Under the pieces are notes generated by a model. It did not search any database and had not been told where the DNA came from. It was given only the letters and a program-made list of their open reading frames with translations. From Tubulanus polymorphus (lineage: Eukaryota > Animalia > Nemertea), in assembly GCF_964204645.1 (NCBI RefSeq), contig NC_134035.1:8898451-8962450 (forward strand): 64,000 nt of DNA. Direction: 5' to 3'. A program made the translations under genes and the position numbers. Every line of letters begins with the position of its first letter. The first letter of the stretch is position 1. This document shows positions 62,136 to 64,000 of the stretch, piece after piece.

Positions 62136-62178
62136 TCTCCCTCTCTCCCTATCCCTTTCCCTCTCTCTGTCCCTCTCT
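61804..62178. repeat. Compound (CT)n/(CTCTCC)n microsatellite
   Basis: Direct inspection. Confidence 0.95.
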
Positions 62179-62911
62179 CACACTAGCTATTCAAATTAAT
62201 GGAATCCATGCGTGAGATGAGTACGTTACCTTCCAGACTGATGACGAGCCATCGAAAAATACACGACTGAATAACTTGACTCATTTAAAAAAAAGACTTT
62301 CAGCAATTCGTGTTAAGCGTTCGTCGTGTATATGGAATGAGATAAAGCGCAGTACGTTGGCGGTCTTAACCTCGGTAAGCTGACAACGAGAACGACAACG
62401 CGGGATTGATGACATTCCGTTTCAGTCATTCGACCACCTACGTACGGGGATGAGTTCCGCGCATAGTAATCAGGGTTTACTGTTGCGGCATAAATACGAC
62501 ATAAGATTCGGCCAATTTCTGGCGTCGGCGTTTTATACGGCCATTCATTTAGAGCCGCGCACGTTTAGATGAAACTAATCTACTGAAGTTGACAATAGAT
62601 TCCTCGCGAATGAAAAATAGCGCCGAAATTAATGTACATCCGCGGGGAATAGTCAAATTACTGCTGGGAATTGTTTCGTGAGATTAGGTGGAATTTGTTC
62701 TATCCCGGCGCTTACCGGCAACTCTTATTCTCTCTTTCCGCTCTTCCCTCTTCTCTCTTCTCTCTTCTCTCTCGTCCCCTCTCTGCTTCTAATTGCCTCA
62801 CATGTTATATCTGTCTTTTGCTCTATTTCTTAGAAATTTTACACCATCTGGGTCTTTTGTGTCCCTCACTGTCCTGCCTCCCCCTGAGGCTCCCTTTCCT
62901 AAAAAAATTCC

Positions 62912-63210
62912 CCCGATTCCCTCCACCTCCTGATTCCCTCCACCTCCTGATTCCCCCACCTCCTGATTCCCTCCCCTTCTGATTCCCTCCCCTCCTGATT
63001 CCCTCCACCTGATTCCCTCCCTTCCTGATTCTCTCCACCTGATTCCCTCCCCTTCCGATTCCCTCCCTTTCTGATTCCCCCATCCCATCCCTGATTCCCT
63101 CCCTTCCTGATTCCCCCATCCCTGATTCCCTCCACGTCCTGATTCCCTCCACCTGATTCCCTCCACCTCCTGATTCTGTCCACCTACTGATTCCCTCCAC
63201 CTCCTGATCA
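62912..63210. repeat. C-rich minisatellite, ~17-20 bp unit (ctgattccctccacctc)
   Basis: Direct inspection; G-run-rich on the minus strand. Confidence 0.9.
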
Positions 63211-64000
63211 CCTATTTCCCAAACCATCCCGCCTCTTTTCCTGCCTATCTGTGTCGCGAGATGAATAGCTTCGTGCAGTGATTATCGTTAATCGATTAGC
63301 AGTCTTGTAATTCGGTGGTTACGAAGCGCAGTTAAACCAATTAAGTTCGACATTAATGAAGACGAATCGTAACATCTGATCAACGCGGATACTGTTTAAA
63401 TTGCGACTCTGGTTTACAATTATGTTTAGCCCGGGTAGACGTGAATTTAGATAATGATGATCAGTGCTAGCTCTTTATATTCTCTCTTCGTGGTAGATCC
63501 GATGAGAGGCCTACAATTATCCTGTATTTGCGGTGAGAAATGTTCCATATTTTTGCGCGTTTTATGAGGAAATAGATGTTTATCGGCGGCTGAATTGCTA
63601 ATAAAATGGGAAATGATACGGCCAGTCGAGCAGGACCCCATCAGATGAATGAAATAGCTATGAAATGTTGTATTCCGATCAAGAGGTATAATCAAATTCC
63701 TGCCCGTCTGGATTTCGATGATAAGAACTCGGGATTGCACCGATTAACCTGATCGTGTTAAATTCGAGTTGAATTATTATCCGGGGACAGCTGTAATACA
63801 TCCTAACTGTATCATTTCGAAGCAGCACTGCTAGATGCCCCTCTAGGGCAGGATGAATATGTCCGCAGATTTGGATGAATGAATACTTGAACTTGAACTC
63901 TTATTTTATTGCTCCTTATAATACAAAGGTTACATAAGATAGTTGCTCCGATGAATTGTAAATGCCCCGCTAGATCTGGATAGATAGATAAATACCCCAC

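Noticed and set aside
62420-62453. Possible exon 4 of the PLEKHA-like gene (tttcag|TCATTCG...)
   Set aside because: In-phase reading hits TGA after 8 codons and lacks the WW-closing HP motif.
51411-63227. Low-complexity ORFs (LSLS, REGG, GGNQ and similar)
   Set aside because: Translations of micro- and minisatellites.

Overview
Eukaryotic (invertebrate animal, probably lophotrochozoan-like; species cannot be fixed from sequence alone) genomic window with GT-AG introns. Left to right: (1) the last two coding exons of a DUF3504/Crypton-recombinase-derived gene (+, 5' end outside the window); (2) a complete 6-exon NIF3L1 gene (+); (3) a ~30 kb tandem array (~11.15-41.37 kb) of a ~3.1-3.5 kb unit, each carrying an uninterrupted ~312-aa class A GPCR ORF on the minus strand (7 intact, 2 disrupted, 1 deletion fragment), most units with a CCAAT+TATA module and a 148-bp palindrome; (4) a complete 6-exon LIN7 gene (-) head-to-head with (5) the first three WW-domain exons of a PLEKHA5/6/7-like gene (+), whose long third intron appears to fill the rest of the window. 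Non-coding DNA is dense in MITEs, minisatellites and fold-back elements carrying minimal hammerhead-ribozyme cores. The strongest candidate for an undescribed system is the recently expanded, mosaic orphan GPCR array, whose differences cluster partly in the extracellular loops and which has non-canonical class A motifs. Gene models were assembled by hand from splice sites and reading-frame phase; no database searches were run.
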